This document shows, piece by piece, positions 25,067-39,800 of a stretch of 64,000 nucleotides of DNA. Origin of the DNA: Antedon mediterranea (lineage: Eukaryota; Animalia; Echinodermata). Every line of letters starts with the position of its first letter. Within the stretch, counting starts at the first letter, position 1. The notes below the pieces were generated by a model that saw only the letters and a program-made list of their open reading frames with translations, did not search any database and had not been told where the DNA came from. A program made the translations under genes and the position numbers. The DNA is taken from NCBI RefSeq assembly GCF_964355755.1, contig NC_092671.1, forward strand, positions 12,710,001-12,774,000. Direction: 5' to 3'.

Positions 25067-28000
25067 TTCTTTCCTTAGCACTATTTGTCCGTCAATTATC
25101 TTGATATCAGTTTCATGTAACTAAGTCAATTTTTCAGAGTATATTCCTTATGGCCAGGAATCGATGTGGTTATGTTTTCACGGTGCGCAATCAAACATTA
25201 CGTGGTCTACGCGCGATTTAATGAAATCACGTTTGTAATCATAACTTCACAAGCATGAATCATTTTTAAACAAAATTTGGTACTCATAAATTTCAGGTTA
25301 TATTTCATCATATGGCAATACAATTACGTGCGTAGCGCATATAACGCATGCGTACGCGCACTTAAAATGTTCAAAATTGTCAGAATTTATTTTCGATGAA
25401 ATTAGAGTACGTTTCAGGCAATTTTAAGCGTTTAAAAAATTACCATGAGTGCGCAGATTTTTGCACGCGCACTGCGCGTCAAACGTTGATGCGCACTTTT
25501 TTTGTCCGATTACTGTTGTATAACCTTTCTTTAATAATATCATCAAATTTTATTCACTTTTCAACGCCAAACAGCGTTATACGAGCACGTCTAAAGTGAC
25601 AGGCTACGCACGTGTAAGTTAACAAAATGGTGAAAATATGCTAAATTTTAAAATTAATATATATCGTTAGAATGCTCGGGAACGCCTATTTTTTATTTCA
25701 TTTTCTTGAAGTGTATGTATCATATGTATGATTTATTATGAAATTAGGAGAAAAAAAGTTGATTAAGTCATCATTAATGGCATATTAAATTTAAAAAAAT
25801 TAATTATGACAATCAATCAAATTATAACATTTTCTTAGGCCGAAATAACAAACTTAACATTAACTTTCTTCCTTCAAAAGTTCATATATTAAAGTTAAAA
25901 GTATGTAGTTTGACAGTGCATCATTTGTTTACATTTTAAAGATGTCATCATAGTAAAAAATTATAATTCATTTCGGTATGTAATAATCTATTTGCATCAA
26001 AGTGGTTACTGCATAGTAAATACACGGAGGAATTTTTCTACAACTTTTAGTCAGTTGTGTATGGCTCGATGGTCTGTGCTCGTGTCTATGGCATTCAAGG
26101 TACCGAGATCGAGTCTCACCTTGGGAAACGAAATAAGATTTTTTTTTATTATCCGTATTGTTTGTTCAAATTTATTTCTTAGTGTATAGATTATACACAT
26201 GATTTATAATGAAATCTAGATAAAAATTAACATATGTCTTTATTATTATGTAACAACAAATGTGGTTTATGACATTATACGCATATGGATCTTTGATCGA
26301 ATTGTGATACCGGCTATGGTGTTCGCGTTAGCAAGGTCCTATCATATATTATAAATAATTAAAGATTCTGAGAAAATCAATCAATCAATATATCTTTTAA
26401 AAATCAATTATCTTTATTTAAAAATCAATGCATATAACCTATAATTCGTCATAGTGACGAATTAAATCTAGTTTATTTATTCTTTCCTTAGCACTATTTT
26501 GTCCGTGCATTATCTTGGCATCAGTTTAATCTAGCTAAGTCAAGTTTTCAGAGTATATTCCTCATGGCCAGGAATCGATGTGGTTATATTTTCACGATGC
26601 GTAATCAAAAATTACGCGGTCTACGCGCGATTTTACGAAATCACGTTTGTAATCATATCTTCACAAGCATGAATCACAATTAAACAAAATTTGGTACTCA
26701 TAAATTTCAGGTCATATTTCATCATATGGCAATAAAATTACGTGCGTAGCGCATATAACGCTTGCGTACGCGCGCTTAAAATGTTCAAAATTGTCAAAAT
26801 TTATTTTCGATGAAATTAGAGTACGTTTCAGGCAATTTTAAGCGTTTAAAAAAATGCCATGAGTGCGCAGATTTTTGCACGCGCACTGCGCGTTAAACGT
26901 TAATGCGCACTCTTTTTGCCCGATTTCTGTTTTACAATCTTTCTTTAATAATATCATCATATTTGATTCAGGTTTCAACTCGAAATTGCGTTATACGAGC
27001 ACGTCAAAAGTGACTGGCTACGCACGTATAAGTTAACAAAATGGTGAAAATATGCTAAATTTTAAAATTAATATATATCGTCAGAATGCAGGGGAACACC
27101 TATTTTTTATTTCATTTTCTTGAAGTGTATGTATCATATGTATGATTTATTATCAAATAAAGAGAACAAAAGTTGATTAAGTCATCATTAATTGCATATT
27201 AAATTAAAAAAAAATAATTTCGACAATCAAACAAATTATGACATTTTCTTAGGCCAAAATAACAAACTTAACATTAACTTTCTTCCTTCAAAAATTCATA
27301 TATTAAAGTTAAAAGTATGTAGTTTGACAGTGCATCATTTGTATACATTTTAAAGATGTCATCATAGTAAAAAATTATAATTCATTTCGGTATGTAATAA
27401 TCTATTTGCATAAAAGTGGTTACTGCATAGTAAATACACGAAGGAATTTTTCTACAACTTTTAGTCAGTTGTGTACGGCTCGGTGGTCTGTGCTCGTGTC
27501 TATGGCATTCAAGGTACCGAGATCGAGTCTCACCTTGGGAAACGAAATAAGATTTTTTTTTATTATCCGTATTGTTTGTTCAAATTTATTTCTTAGTGTA
27601 TAGATTATACACATGATTTATAATGAAATCTAGATAAAAATTAACTTATGTCTTTATTATTATGTAACAACAAATGTGGTTTATGACATTATACGCATAT
27701 GGATCTTTGATCGGATTGTGATACCGGCTATGGTGTTCGCGTTAGCAAGGTCCTATCATATATTATAAATAATTAAAGATTCTGAGAAAATCAATCAATC
27801 AATATATCTTTTAAAAATCAATTATCTTTATTTAAATCAATGCATATAACCTATAATTCGTCATAGTGACGAATTAAATCTAGTTTATTTATTTATTCTT
27901 TCCTTAGCACTATTTTGTCCGTGCATTATCTTGGCATCAGTTTCATCTAGCTAAGTCAAGTTTTCAGAGTATATTCCTTATGGCCAGGAATCGATGTGGT

Positions 28001-31000
28001 TATATTTTCACGATGCGTAATCAAAAATTACGCGGTCTACGCGCGATTTTACGAAATCACGTTTGTAATCATATCTTCACAAGCATGAATCACAATTAAA
28101 CAAAATTTGGTACTCATAAATTTCAGGTCATATTTCATCATATGGCAATAAAATTACGTGCGTAGCGCATATAACGCTTGCGTACGCGCGCTTAAAATGT
28201 TCAAAATTGTCAAAATTTATTTTCGATGAAATTAGAGTACGTTTCAGGCAATTTTAAGCCTTTAAAAAATTGCCATGAGTGCGCAAATTTTTGCACGCGC
28301 ACTGCGCGTTAAACGTTGGTGCGCACTCTTTTTGCCCGATTTCTGTTTTACAATCTTTCTTTAATAATATCATCATATTTGATTCAGGTTTCAACTCGAA
28401 ATTGCGTTATACGAGCACGTCAAAAGTGATTGGCTACGCACGTATAAGTTAACAAAATGGTGAAAATATGCTAAATTTTAAAATTAATATATATCGTCAG
28501 AATGCAGGGGAACACCTATTTTTTATTTAATTTTCTTGAAGTGTATGTATCATATGTATGATTTATTATCAAATAAAGAGAACAAAAGTTGATTAAGTCA
28601 TCATTAATTGCATATTAAATTAAAAAAAAATAATTTCGACAATCAAACAAATTATGACATTTTCTTAGGCCAAAATAACAAACTTAACATTAACTTTCTT
28701 CCTTCAAAAATTCATATATTAAAGTTAAAAGTATGTAGTTTGACAGTGCATCATTTTTTTAAATTTTTAAAGATGTCATCATAGTAAAACATTATAATTC
28801 ATTGCGGTATGTAATATATTCTATCTGCACCAAAGTGGTTACTGCATAGTAAATACACGGAGGAATTTTTCCATAACTTTTAGTCAGTTGTGTATGGCTC
28901 GGTGGTCTTTGCTAGTGTCTATAGCAGTCAAGTACCGAGTTCAAGTCTCACCTTGGGAAACCAAACGAAATAAGATTTTTTTTATTATCCGTATTGGTTG
29001 TTCAATTATATTTCTTAGTGTATAGATTATACACATGATTTATAATGAAATCTAAATAAAAACACCAATGTGGTTTATGACATTATATACGCAGACAGAT
29101 CTTTGATCGGATTATGATACCGGCTATTGTATTTGCGTTAGCAAGATCCTGTCATATATTATAAATAACTAATGATTCTGAGAAAATCAATCAATCAATA
29201 TATCTTAAATCAATCAATTATCTTTATTTAAATCAATGCATATAACCTATAATTCGTCATAGTGACGAATTAAATCTAGTTTATTTATTTATTCTTTCCT
29301 TAGCACTATTTTGTCCGTGAATTATCTTGATATCAGTTTCATCTATCTAAGTCAATTTTTCAGAGTATATTCCTTATGGCCAGGAATCGATGTGGTTATA
29401 TTTTCACGATGCGTATTCAAAAATTACGCGGTCTACGCGCGATTTTACGAAATCACGTTTGTAATCATATCTTCACAAGCATGAATCACAATTAAACAAA
29501 ATTTGGTACTCATAAATTTCAGGTCATATTTCATCATATGGCAATACAGTTACGTGCGTAGCGCATATAACGCTTGCGTACGCGCGCTTAAAATGTTCAA
29601 AATTGTCAAAATTTATTTTCGATGAAATTAGAGTACGTTTCAGGCAATTTTAAGCGTTTAAAAAATTGCCATGAGTGCGCAGATTTTTGCACGCGCACTG
29701 CGCGTTATACGTTAATGCGCACTCTTTTTGTCCGATTTCGGTTGTACAACCTTTCTTTAATAATATCATCATATTTTATTCACTTTTCAACGCGTAATTG
29801 CCTTATACGAGCACGTCAAAAGTGACAGGCTACGCACGTGTAAGTTAACAAAATGGTGAAAATATGCTAAATTTTAAAATTAATATAGATCGTCAGAATG
29901 CTCGGGAACACATATTTTTTATTTCATTTTCTTGAAGTGTATGTATCTTATGTATGATTTATTATTAAACTAAGGGAACAAAAGTTGATTAAGCCATGAT
30001 TAATTGCATATTAAATTAAAAAAAATAATTTCGACAATCAAACAAATTATGACATTTTCTTAGGCCAAAATAACAAACTTAACATTAACTTTCATCCTTC
30101 AAAAGTTCATATATTAAAGTTAAAAGTATATAGTTTGACAGTGCATCATTTTTGTACATTTTTAGAGATGTCATCATAGTAAAAAATTATAATTCATTGC
30201 GGTATGTAATAATCTATCTGCACCAAAGTGGTTACTGCATAGTAAATACACGGAGGAAGTTTTTCTACAATTTTTAGTCAGTTGTGTATGGCTCGGTGGT
30301 GTGTGGTCGTGTCTATGGCACTCCAGGTACCGAGATCGAGTCTCACCTTGGGAAACGAAATAAGATTTTTTTTTTATTAACCGTATTGTTTGTTCAAATT
30401 TATTTCTTAGTGTATATATTATACACATGATTTATAATGAAATCTAGATAAAAAATAACTTATGTCTTTATTATTATGTAACAGCAAATGTGGTTTATGA
30501 CATTATACGCAGAGGGATCTTTGATCGGATTGTAATACCGGCTATTGTATTCGCGTTAGCAAGGTCCTATCATATATTATAAATAATTAAAGAATCTGAG
30601 AAAATCAATGAATCAAAATATCTTTTAAAAATCAATTATCTTTATTTTAATTATCAATGCATATAACCTATAATTCGTCATAGTGACGAATTAAATCTAG
30701 TTTATTTATTTATTCTTTCCTTAGCACTATTTTGTCCGTGCATTATCTTGGCATCAGTTTAATCTAGCTAAGTCAAGTTTTCAGAGTATATTCCTCATGG
30801 CCAGAAATCGATGTGGTTTTTTTTTCACGATGCGTAATCAAAAATTACGCGGTCTACGCGCGATTTTACGAAATCACGTTTGTAATCATATCTTCACAAG
30901 CATGAATCACAATTAAACAAAATTTGGTACTCATAAATTTCAGGTCATATTTCATCATATGGCAATAAAATTACGTGCGTAGCGCATATAACGCTTGCGT

Positions 31001-34000
31001 ACGGGCGCTTAAAATGTTCAAAATTGTCAAAATTTATTTTCGATGAAATTAGAGTACGTTTCAGGCAATTTTAAGCGTTTAAAAAATTGCCATGAGTGCG
31101 CAGATTTTTGCACGCGCACTGCGCGTTAAACGTTAATGCGCAATCTTTTTACCCGATTTCTGTTTTACAATTTTTCTTTAATAATATCATCATATTTGAT
31201 TCAGGTTTCAACTCGAAATTGCGTTATACGAGCACGTCAAAAGTGACTGGCTACGCACGTATAAGTTAACAAAATGGTGAAAATATGCTAAATTTTAAAA
31301 TTAAAATATATCGTCAGAATGCAGGGGAACACCTATTTTTTATTTCATTTTCTTAAAGTGTATGTATCATATGTATGATTTATTATCAAATAAAGAGAAC
31401 AAAAGTTGATTAAGTCATCATTAATTGCATATTAAATTAAAAAAAAATAATTTCGACAATCAAACAAATTATGACATTTTCTTAGGCCAAAATAACAAAC
31501 TTAACATTAACTTTCTTCCTTCAAAAATTCATATATTAAAGTTAAAAGTATGTAGTTTGACAGTGCATCATTTGTATACATTTTAAAGATGTCATCATAG
31601 TAAAAAATTATAATTCATTTTGGTATGTAATAATCTATTTGCATCAAAGTGGTTACTGCATAGTAAATACACGGAGGAATTTTTCTCCAACTTTTAGTCA
31701 GTTGTGTACGGCTCGGTGGTCTGTGCTCGTGTCTATGGCATTCAAGGTACCGAGATCGAGTCTCACCTTAGGAAACGAAATAAGATTTTTTTTTTATTAT
31801 CCGTATTGTTTGTTCAAATTTATTTCTTAGTGTATAGATTATACACATGATTTATAATGAAATCTAGATAAAAATTAACTTATGTCTTTATTATTATGTA
31901 ACAACAAATGTGGTTTATGACATTATATGCATATGGATCTTTGATCGGATTGTGATACCGGCTATGGTGTTCGCGTTAGCAAGGTCCTATCATATATTAT
32001 AAATAATTAAAGATTCTGAGAAAATCAATCAATCAATATATCTTTTAAAAATCAATTATCTTTATTTAAATCAATGCATATAACCTATAATTCGTCATAG
32101 TGACGAATTAAATCTAGTTTATTTATTTATTCTTTCCTTAGCACTATTTTGTCCGTGAATTATCTTGATATCAGTTTCATCTATCTAAGTCAATTTTTCA
32201 GAGTATATTCCTTATGGCCAGGAATCGATGTGGTTATATTTTCACGATGCGTAATCAAAAATTACGCGGTCTACGCGCGATTTTACGAAATCACGTTTGT
32301 AATCATATCTTCACAAGCATGAATCACAATTAAACAAAATTTGGTACTCATAAATTTCAGGTCATATTTCATCATATGGCAATACAATTACGTGCGTAGC
32401 GCATATAACGCTTGCGTACGCGCGCTTAAAATGTTCAAAATTGTCAAAATTTATTTTCGATGAAATTAGAGTACGTTTCAGGCAATTTTAAGCGTTTAAA
32501 AAATTGCCATGAGTGCGCAGATTTTTGCACGCGCACTGCGCGTTATACGTTAATGCGCACTCTTTTTGTCCGATTTCGGTTGTACAACCTTTCTTTAATA
32601 ATATCATCATATTTTATTCACTTTTCAACGCGTAATTGCCTTATACGAGCACGTCAAAAGTGACAGGCTACGCACGTGTAAGTTAACAAAATGGTGAAAA
32701 TATGCTAAATTTTAAAATTAATATAGATCGTCAAAATGCTCGGGAACACATATTTTTTATTTCATTTTCTTGAAGTGTATGTATCTTATGTATGATTTAT
32801 TATTAAACTAAGGGAACAAAAGTTGATTAAGCCATAATTGATTGCATATTAAATTAAAAAAAATTCATTTCGACAATCAAACAAATTATGACATTTTCTT
32901 AGGCCAAAATAACAAACTTAACATTAACTTTCTTCCTCCAAAAGTTCATATATTAAAGTTAAAAGTATATAGTTTGACAGTGCATCATTTTTGTACATTT
33001 TTAGAGATGTCATCATAGTAAAAAATTATAATTCATTGCGGTATTTAATAATCTATCTGCACCAAAGTGGTTACTGCATAGTAAATACACGGAGGAATTT
33101 TTCTACAATTTTTAGACAGTTGTGTATGGCTCGGTGGTGTGTGCTCGTGTCTATGGCACTCAAGGTACCGAGATCGAGTCTCACCTTGGGAAACGAAATA
33201 AGATTTTTTTTTTTTATTATCCGTATTGTTTGTTCAAATTTATTTCTTAGTGTATATATTATACACATGATTTATAATGAAATCTAGATAAAAAATAACT
33301 TATGTCTTTATTATTATGTAACAGCAAATGTGGTTTATGACATTATACGCAGAGGGATCTTTGATCGGATTGTGATACCGGCTATTGTATTCGCGTTAGC
33401 AAGGTCCTATCATATATTATAAATAATTATAGAATCTGAGAAAATCAATGAATCAAAATATCTTTTAAAAATCAATTATCTTTATTAAAATCAATGCATA
33501 TAACCTATAATTCGTCATAGTGACGAATTAAATCTAGTTCTTTCCTTAGCACTATTTGTCCGTCAATTATCTTGATATCAGTTTCATCTAACTAAGTCAA
33601 TTTTTCAGAGTATATTCCTTATGGCCAGGAATCGATGTGGTTATGTTTTCACGGTGCGCAATCAAACATTACGCGGTCTACGCGCGATTTAACGAAATCA
33701 CGTTTGTAATCATATCTTCACAAGCATGAATCACTTTTAAACAAAATTTGGTACTCATAAATTTCAGGTCATATTTCATCATATGGCAATACAATTACGT
33801 GCGTAGCGCATATAACGCATGCGTACGCGCGCTTAAAATGTTCAAAATTGTCAGAATTTATTTTCGATGAAATTAGAGTACGTTTCAGGCAATTTTAAGC
33901 GTTTAAAAATTGCCATAAGTGCGCAGATTTTTGCACGCGCACTGCGCGTCAAACGTTATTGCGCACTGTTTTTGTCCGATTACTGTTGTATAACCTTTCT

Positions 34001-34922
34001 TTAACAATATCATCATATTGTATTAACTTTTCAACGCCAAACAGCGTTATACGAGTACGTCAAAAGTGACAGGCTACGCACGTGTAAGTTAACAAAATGG
34101 TGAAAATATGCTAAATTTTAAAATTAATATATATCGTTAGAATGCTCGGGAACACCGATTTTCTATTTCATTTTCTTGAAGTGTATGTATCATATGTATG
34201 ATTTATTATGAAATTAAGAGAACAAAAGTTGATTAAGTCATCATTAATGGCATATTAAATTTATAAAAATTAATTTCGACAATCAAACAAATTATAAAAT
34301 TTTCTTAGGCCGAAATAACAAACTTAACATTAACTTTCTTCCTTAAGAAGTTCATATATTAAAGTTAAAAGTATATAGTTTGACAGTGCATCATTTAAAA
34401 AAATCTTTAAAGATGTCATCATAGTAAAAAATTATAATTCATTGCGGTATGTAATAATCTATCTGCACCAAAGTGGTTACTGCATAGTAAATACATGGAG
34501 GAATATTTCCATATTTTTTAGTCAGTTGTGTATGGCTCGGTGGTCTTTGCTCGTGTCTATAGCATTCAAGGTACCGAGTTCGAGTCTCACCTTGGGAAAC
34601 GAAACAAAATAAGATTTTTTTTTATTATCCGTATTGTTTGTTCAATTGTATTTCTTAGTGTATAGATTATACAGATATGATTTATAATGAAATTTATTTA
34701 AAAACACAAAATGTGGTTTATGACATTATATACGCAGAAGGATCTTTGATCGGATTACGATACCGGCTATTGTATTTGCGTTAGCAAGATCCTATCATAT
34801 ATTATAAATAACTAAAGATTCTGAGAAAATCAATCAATCAAAATATCTTAAATCAATCAATTATCTTTATTTAAATCAATGCATATAACCTATAATTCGT
34901 CATAGTGACGAATTAAATCTAG
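25067..34922 (+). mobile_element. Seven consecutive headless ~1.4-kb bodies of the same HINE-like element
   Basis: Each body starts TTCTTTCCTTAGCACTAT after 0-3 residual TTTA units (a longer tract before the first). Each ends in subTIR + hairpin + CTAG, at 26471, 27883, 29279, 30700, 32117, 33537 and 34922. Confidence 0.93.
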
Positions 34923-36811
34923 TTTTTATTGTAATATATCAAATGGATTTGCAACCCTACACGGTTTGTTGATGTATTTTGATTAATTTGTTTGTGAGTC
35001 TATGTAATTATTATTATATTATAATTTTATTATAGTCTATAACCACAATATAACTACGTTTTTCGTATTATATTATTTATTCATTCATTTTATTTTATTT
35101 TCTTTATTTCGAATAGTACATCTAAAAAATCATACAAAAAAGAACAAAAAGAGAAACAATTTCACCAAAAAATTTACAATAAGCAACTTCCTCAAAACTA
35201 ACCTACAATATCCTAAAATACAGATTTACACCAACGCTGATGTAGGTTGGATTGTGGAAATTATGATTTATGCTTCTTTTTTTTTAATTTAGAGTCGTTA
35301 AAACGACTCTAAATTTTTTCTCGATATACAAACTTACCGCAAACTAATTAGGGTCATATATAATTTCAATTTCATAATAAATTACATCGAAACGACAGTT
35401 AAAATGTACATGGTAATTGCCGTTAAAAAGTAGTAATTAATTGTTATACAGTGTTGTTAAAATAATACAGTTCTTCATGTTGTTAACATGCTATGGTTCA
35501 CAAAACACGACATCTAAAGCCATACCACGCTTTTGACAATTTTAGAAATCGCAAATATTTAAATCAATAATGACAACAATAAAGAGCCTGAAACTAACGT
35601 TACCTTAGACAATATAGCAAGTGGGGTAAAACTAGACTGTGGGTATTATGTTTTACAGCTTATTGTGAATAAAGAAAATGAGATTATTTGCTTTAGGATT
35701 GTGTTCGCTTTAGCTGTTATTTCATTGAGCTTGAGTGTGTATTTGTGTTACGGGTATGGAAATAATACATCAAAGAAATAGTCAAATAGCGCATTTATGG
35801 AGAGGTTTTCACTCGATCTTCCCACATACTTTATACTTAGGCCTATACCAACCTGTTACGTCGTATGCTTGATTATTTTGGGGTAGGGTGGGGGAAGTTA
35901 ATGTTATGATAGGCCTAGAGATAAAAATATAAAAACTAATGACTTTTATTTCGTGTGGGAAAATAAACATAAGTATTGTGGGAATCTTAAAATGTGAATC
36001 ATCATTGTACGTAATGCCTATTCATTAAACCCTGGTCCTATTGAAATTCCAATAAATCATACACATCTCAGGTTGAAAACAAGGTATTCTCTGTGTAATT
36101 ACAATTGGTTATAGCCCCTGTTCACCCAGCCATTCAATGTTACAGAAAACAAAAATTGCTTTAGTCTATAAACAACGTCAGACCACAGTTATTTATAAGA
36201 TATATCTCCTATTACTAAGCATGAATGTCTGGTAAAAAAAACCCATATAAAGTAATAATAACAATACTACGACACCACACAAATTATATAAATGTAAGAT
36301 TTCATTTTGTTTAAATTAGTCAGTATATAATCTGTTAATTGACCATTATATTTCTAAGAAAAATCTTGATCGATGAAAGTGGGTAAACATTTACTTACTT
36401 TAGATAACAGGACCCACTTATGGTCAGACACAAATGATTTATTGATCTTAGTAAGTTTATTCAAACTGGATATACTAATCCTAATAAGTAGAATCCTTGT
36501 TATAGGCAAAGTGTCCACTTATCAGGGCTATATTTTTATTCTGGCTTACGAAAAGTGAAACAATGATTAGGCAACGCATGTAGAAATTAATGAATTAACT
36601 TTTTAGAGATATCATTTTAACTGAGTCTTACTGTTATACTGATTTTTTGAATTGTTTTATATGTTTATGATGTATGTATTTGTGTTAATCTGGTCAATCA
36701 TCAATAAAATATAAGAACCAGACGGAGGCCTATGTACTGGTTGCCCCTCGTTCGTTTCACATTAATATGGTGTCAACTGTTATAATAATCAATATTCTAT
36801 TTCTCGCAGAT

Positions 36812-39800
36812 ATGGATGAAGACGGATATAGGGCTAATTATATCGAAGTGAAATTATGTGAAGTCGACAAATACTATGATATTTTTGAAGAAATTGGGAA
36901 GTAAGTTTTCAAATACATCACAATTTAAAAGGAGAATGAATAGAGAGAACTGGCAAGAAAAATGCTAATATTAATCGCTGAAATGGTTATATATTTTAAG
37001 GGTGTACCTATGTCTATACTTACTAAAGATAAATCAAGGTCTCATTATTAACAGAATCTGTTTAACGTTTCGAAAATGAATAACAATAATCATTTGTACC
37101 GTTGTATTTAATTGGTTACATGTTCTTGTTGCATGACCAATTATGAAAAGAGTGATCGATCCACCTTGATTTACTATCGGACAGTGTTGATAATTAGGTA
37201 TTATACAAAGCCGATTAGTTGCATTCCTTATTAAACAAATTAATAATCGTTGTATCTTGAACAACCTTGGTGGATCGGCAATTGAGATCGAATGTGGGTT
37301 ATTGCTATATTTAAATCCAATGTATGTATGTAAGATATGTATTTTTAATCAATTTTTACATTATAGGTGTTTATACAGATTGTAAAATGTTAATAGTTAA
37401 GTTATGAATTTCAATATAAATCAGAATAGGTATAATTCAATTTATTTAATAAGTGAATTGCTTGGGTACCGACTGCCAATCATTATAAGACTTCCAAGAT
37501 TAAATTCAATACGGTAGGTCTCGTACATTTTGGCCTAATGAATAAGTTAGCTGCTTGGGTACCGTACCGCAGTAAACAAGTAATATTAATTAGGCAAAAT
37601 CTGTCAAACTAGCCCCCTCCTAAAATAAACATTTCAATAGGCTTAATTCGTTAATTAATAAGTATGTCATTTGGATAAAGAGAAAAAAGGGCATTGGTTT
37701 ACAAATGTAATCATTATAATGCTGAATTTGCAAAAGTAAACTAAATCAAAAGGTCAGGCTATTTTTTTAGTACAATACACTTATATTTTGCATTTTACAC
37801 CAAGATAATTCGTGACGCGATAAATGTTTTTATAGTCTGCCATGAATACCACCGCTTTGTTTTCAAATTGAACGAGCGCTAAGAAATAACCAATGATCGC
37901 ATTGTTACCGTATAATCTTTATGACAATGCTTGATTAGTGCAGAACAGGCTTATTCAGTATTATATTAATCAGATACGTATAGTTATATTTGTATTACGC
38001 ACAGGAATTAAATGTACAACCACAATGAAAACAAATTGCTGTTCTCCTGACGTTAATCGATGTAGATTATCATGCCCATGTCCATTAATTTCAATACATA
38101 TTTTTACTAATATGTTATGTATAAATACATCGTACTATCATATTATTAGATAGTAGGTTTAACTTAACAGTTGAAATCAAAAGAAGTTGCTAATGACTAT
38201 ATGTAATATATATGACATTAAAAGGGTTTTCTCGTGTGAATATTATGGCCTACTCTTAATGTTTCAACTAAATATCTGATACACAAACTACGTGTATGAT
38301 GCACAATATAGCATACCTAATGATACGATGCTGTGATTTTAATTAAGTATATAATTATGTGTTTATGGCAATGATGATATAACAAGTATGATGCTATACT
38401 GATGATGTGGGCGATGATGCTGATTCGAAGACCAATACCAGTGCTACGTACTTAACGAACAAGGATAATTCTTTTACTTTAAGGGGTAGGTTCGGAGTTG
38501 TCCATCGATGTGTTGAGAAAGCTACCGGCAAGACATGGGCAGCAAAATGCGTTCGTGCCCTTCGTCGAAAAGACCGGGATGAAATCAAGAGAGAAGTTGA
38601 ACTGATGTCAATACTAGAGCACCCAATGCTACTACAATGTGGGGGCGCTTTTGAAGGGCGTTCTTCAATGACCATCATACTTGAACAGTAAGTATTCTCA
38701 TGCAGTTACTTAATTGTATTCTGTATTAAGTTTTAATTTATTTCTTTCTTATATTGCACAATCAACACCGGTACCACAATTTGGCGATGGTACACAATGA
38801 ACAATATACAACAAAGATTTGAAAAAAGTTAGGCCTACTATTAATAAAATCTCACCTTTTCAGTTTATACTGAATTTATAATTAGATAATCTGGGATCCA
38901 ATTTATAAACCAATTTATCAGATTTGAAAGACAGAATCACCGTGTGAGTTTTTAAAACAATATTGAAAAGAGCTGTTTATCGTTCCACTTGGAATATTTT
39001 CAAGGATCTAATTGCTTCTAGTTTTAAAAAGTATTTATAAATGGGACAATATTGAATTCATGATCTTTTAGAATATAAAATTAATTATGCTTGTAATTAA
39101 TTTCAAAGATTAGCTGCAAATTTGTAATCCTATCACCGTTTTTTATGGATCGATATAGGCTATATGAACCAACGTTTAAAAAATCACAAATTTAACTTAA
39201 TTTTGATGGGATCAAGAAAAATACGTTTATTCAATTATGTTGATTCAGAATATTTCCAGTTGTTGTTAATGTACGAAGTGTTCAATACTCACTTTTGTGC
39301 AATTCACCCATCTTGATTTATGTGATGTTTTCAGCGTATCTGGTGGGGAGTTATTTGAACGCATCATCTCCGATGACTTCGAGTTCTGTGAAAGCGACGC
39401 GGTCATCTTCATGCGGCAGATATGTCTCGGGGTACAACACATGCATAAACTGAACATTGTACACCTTGATCTGAAACCTGAGAATATAATGTGTATGGAC
39501 AAACGTAGTAATCGAATCAAGATAATAGACTTTGGATTGTCTAGGAAGTTGAAACCTGGAGAGGCAATGAAAGTGATGTTTGGAACACCAGAGTTCATTG
39601 CACCAGAAGTAATCAACTACGACCCTATTGAAACATTAACCGATATGTGGAGTGTCGGGGTTATCTGCTATATTTTGTAAGATTTACCATTAACATGCAT
39701 ATTAAAATTAAATATAATAATATAATATATCACGTAATGCATACTTATGAAGAATTTATTATGAAGGTGTATGTGTCATACAAATATAGGCATATTGATA

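Noticed and set aside
23540-33287. Repeated ORFs (MKLEYVSGNF..., MHQSGYCIV...) in the 1.4-kb element
   Set aside because: They are broken by indels in several copies and show no Rep/helicase motifs, so the element is non-coding.
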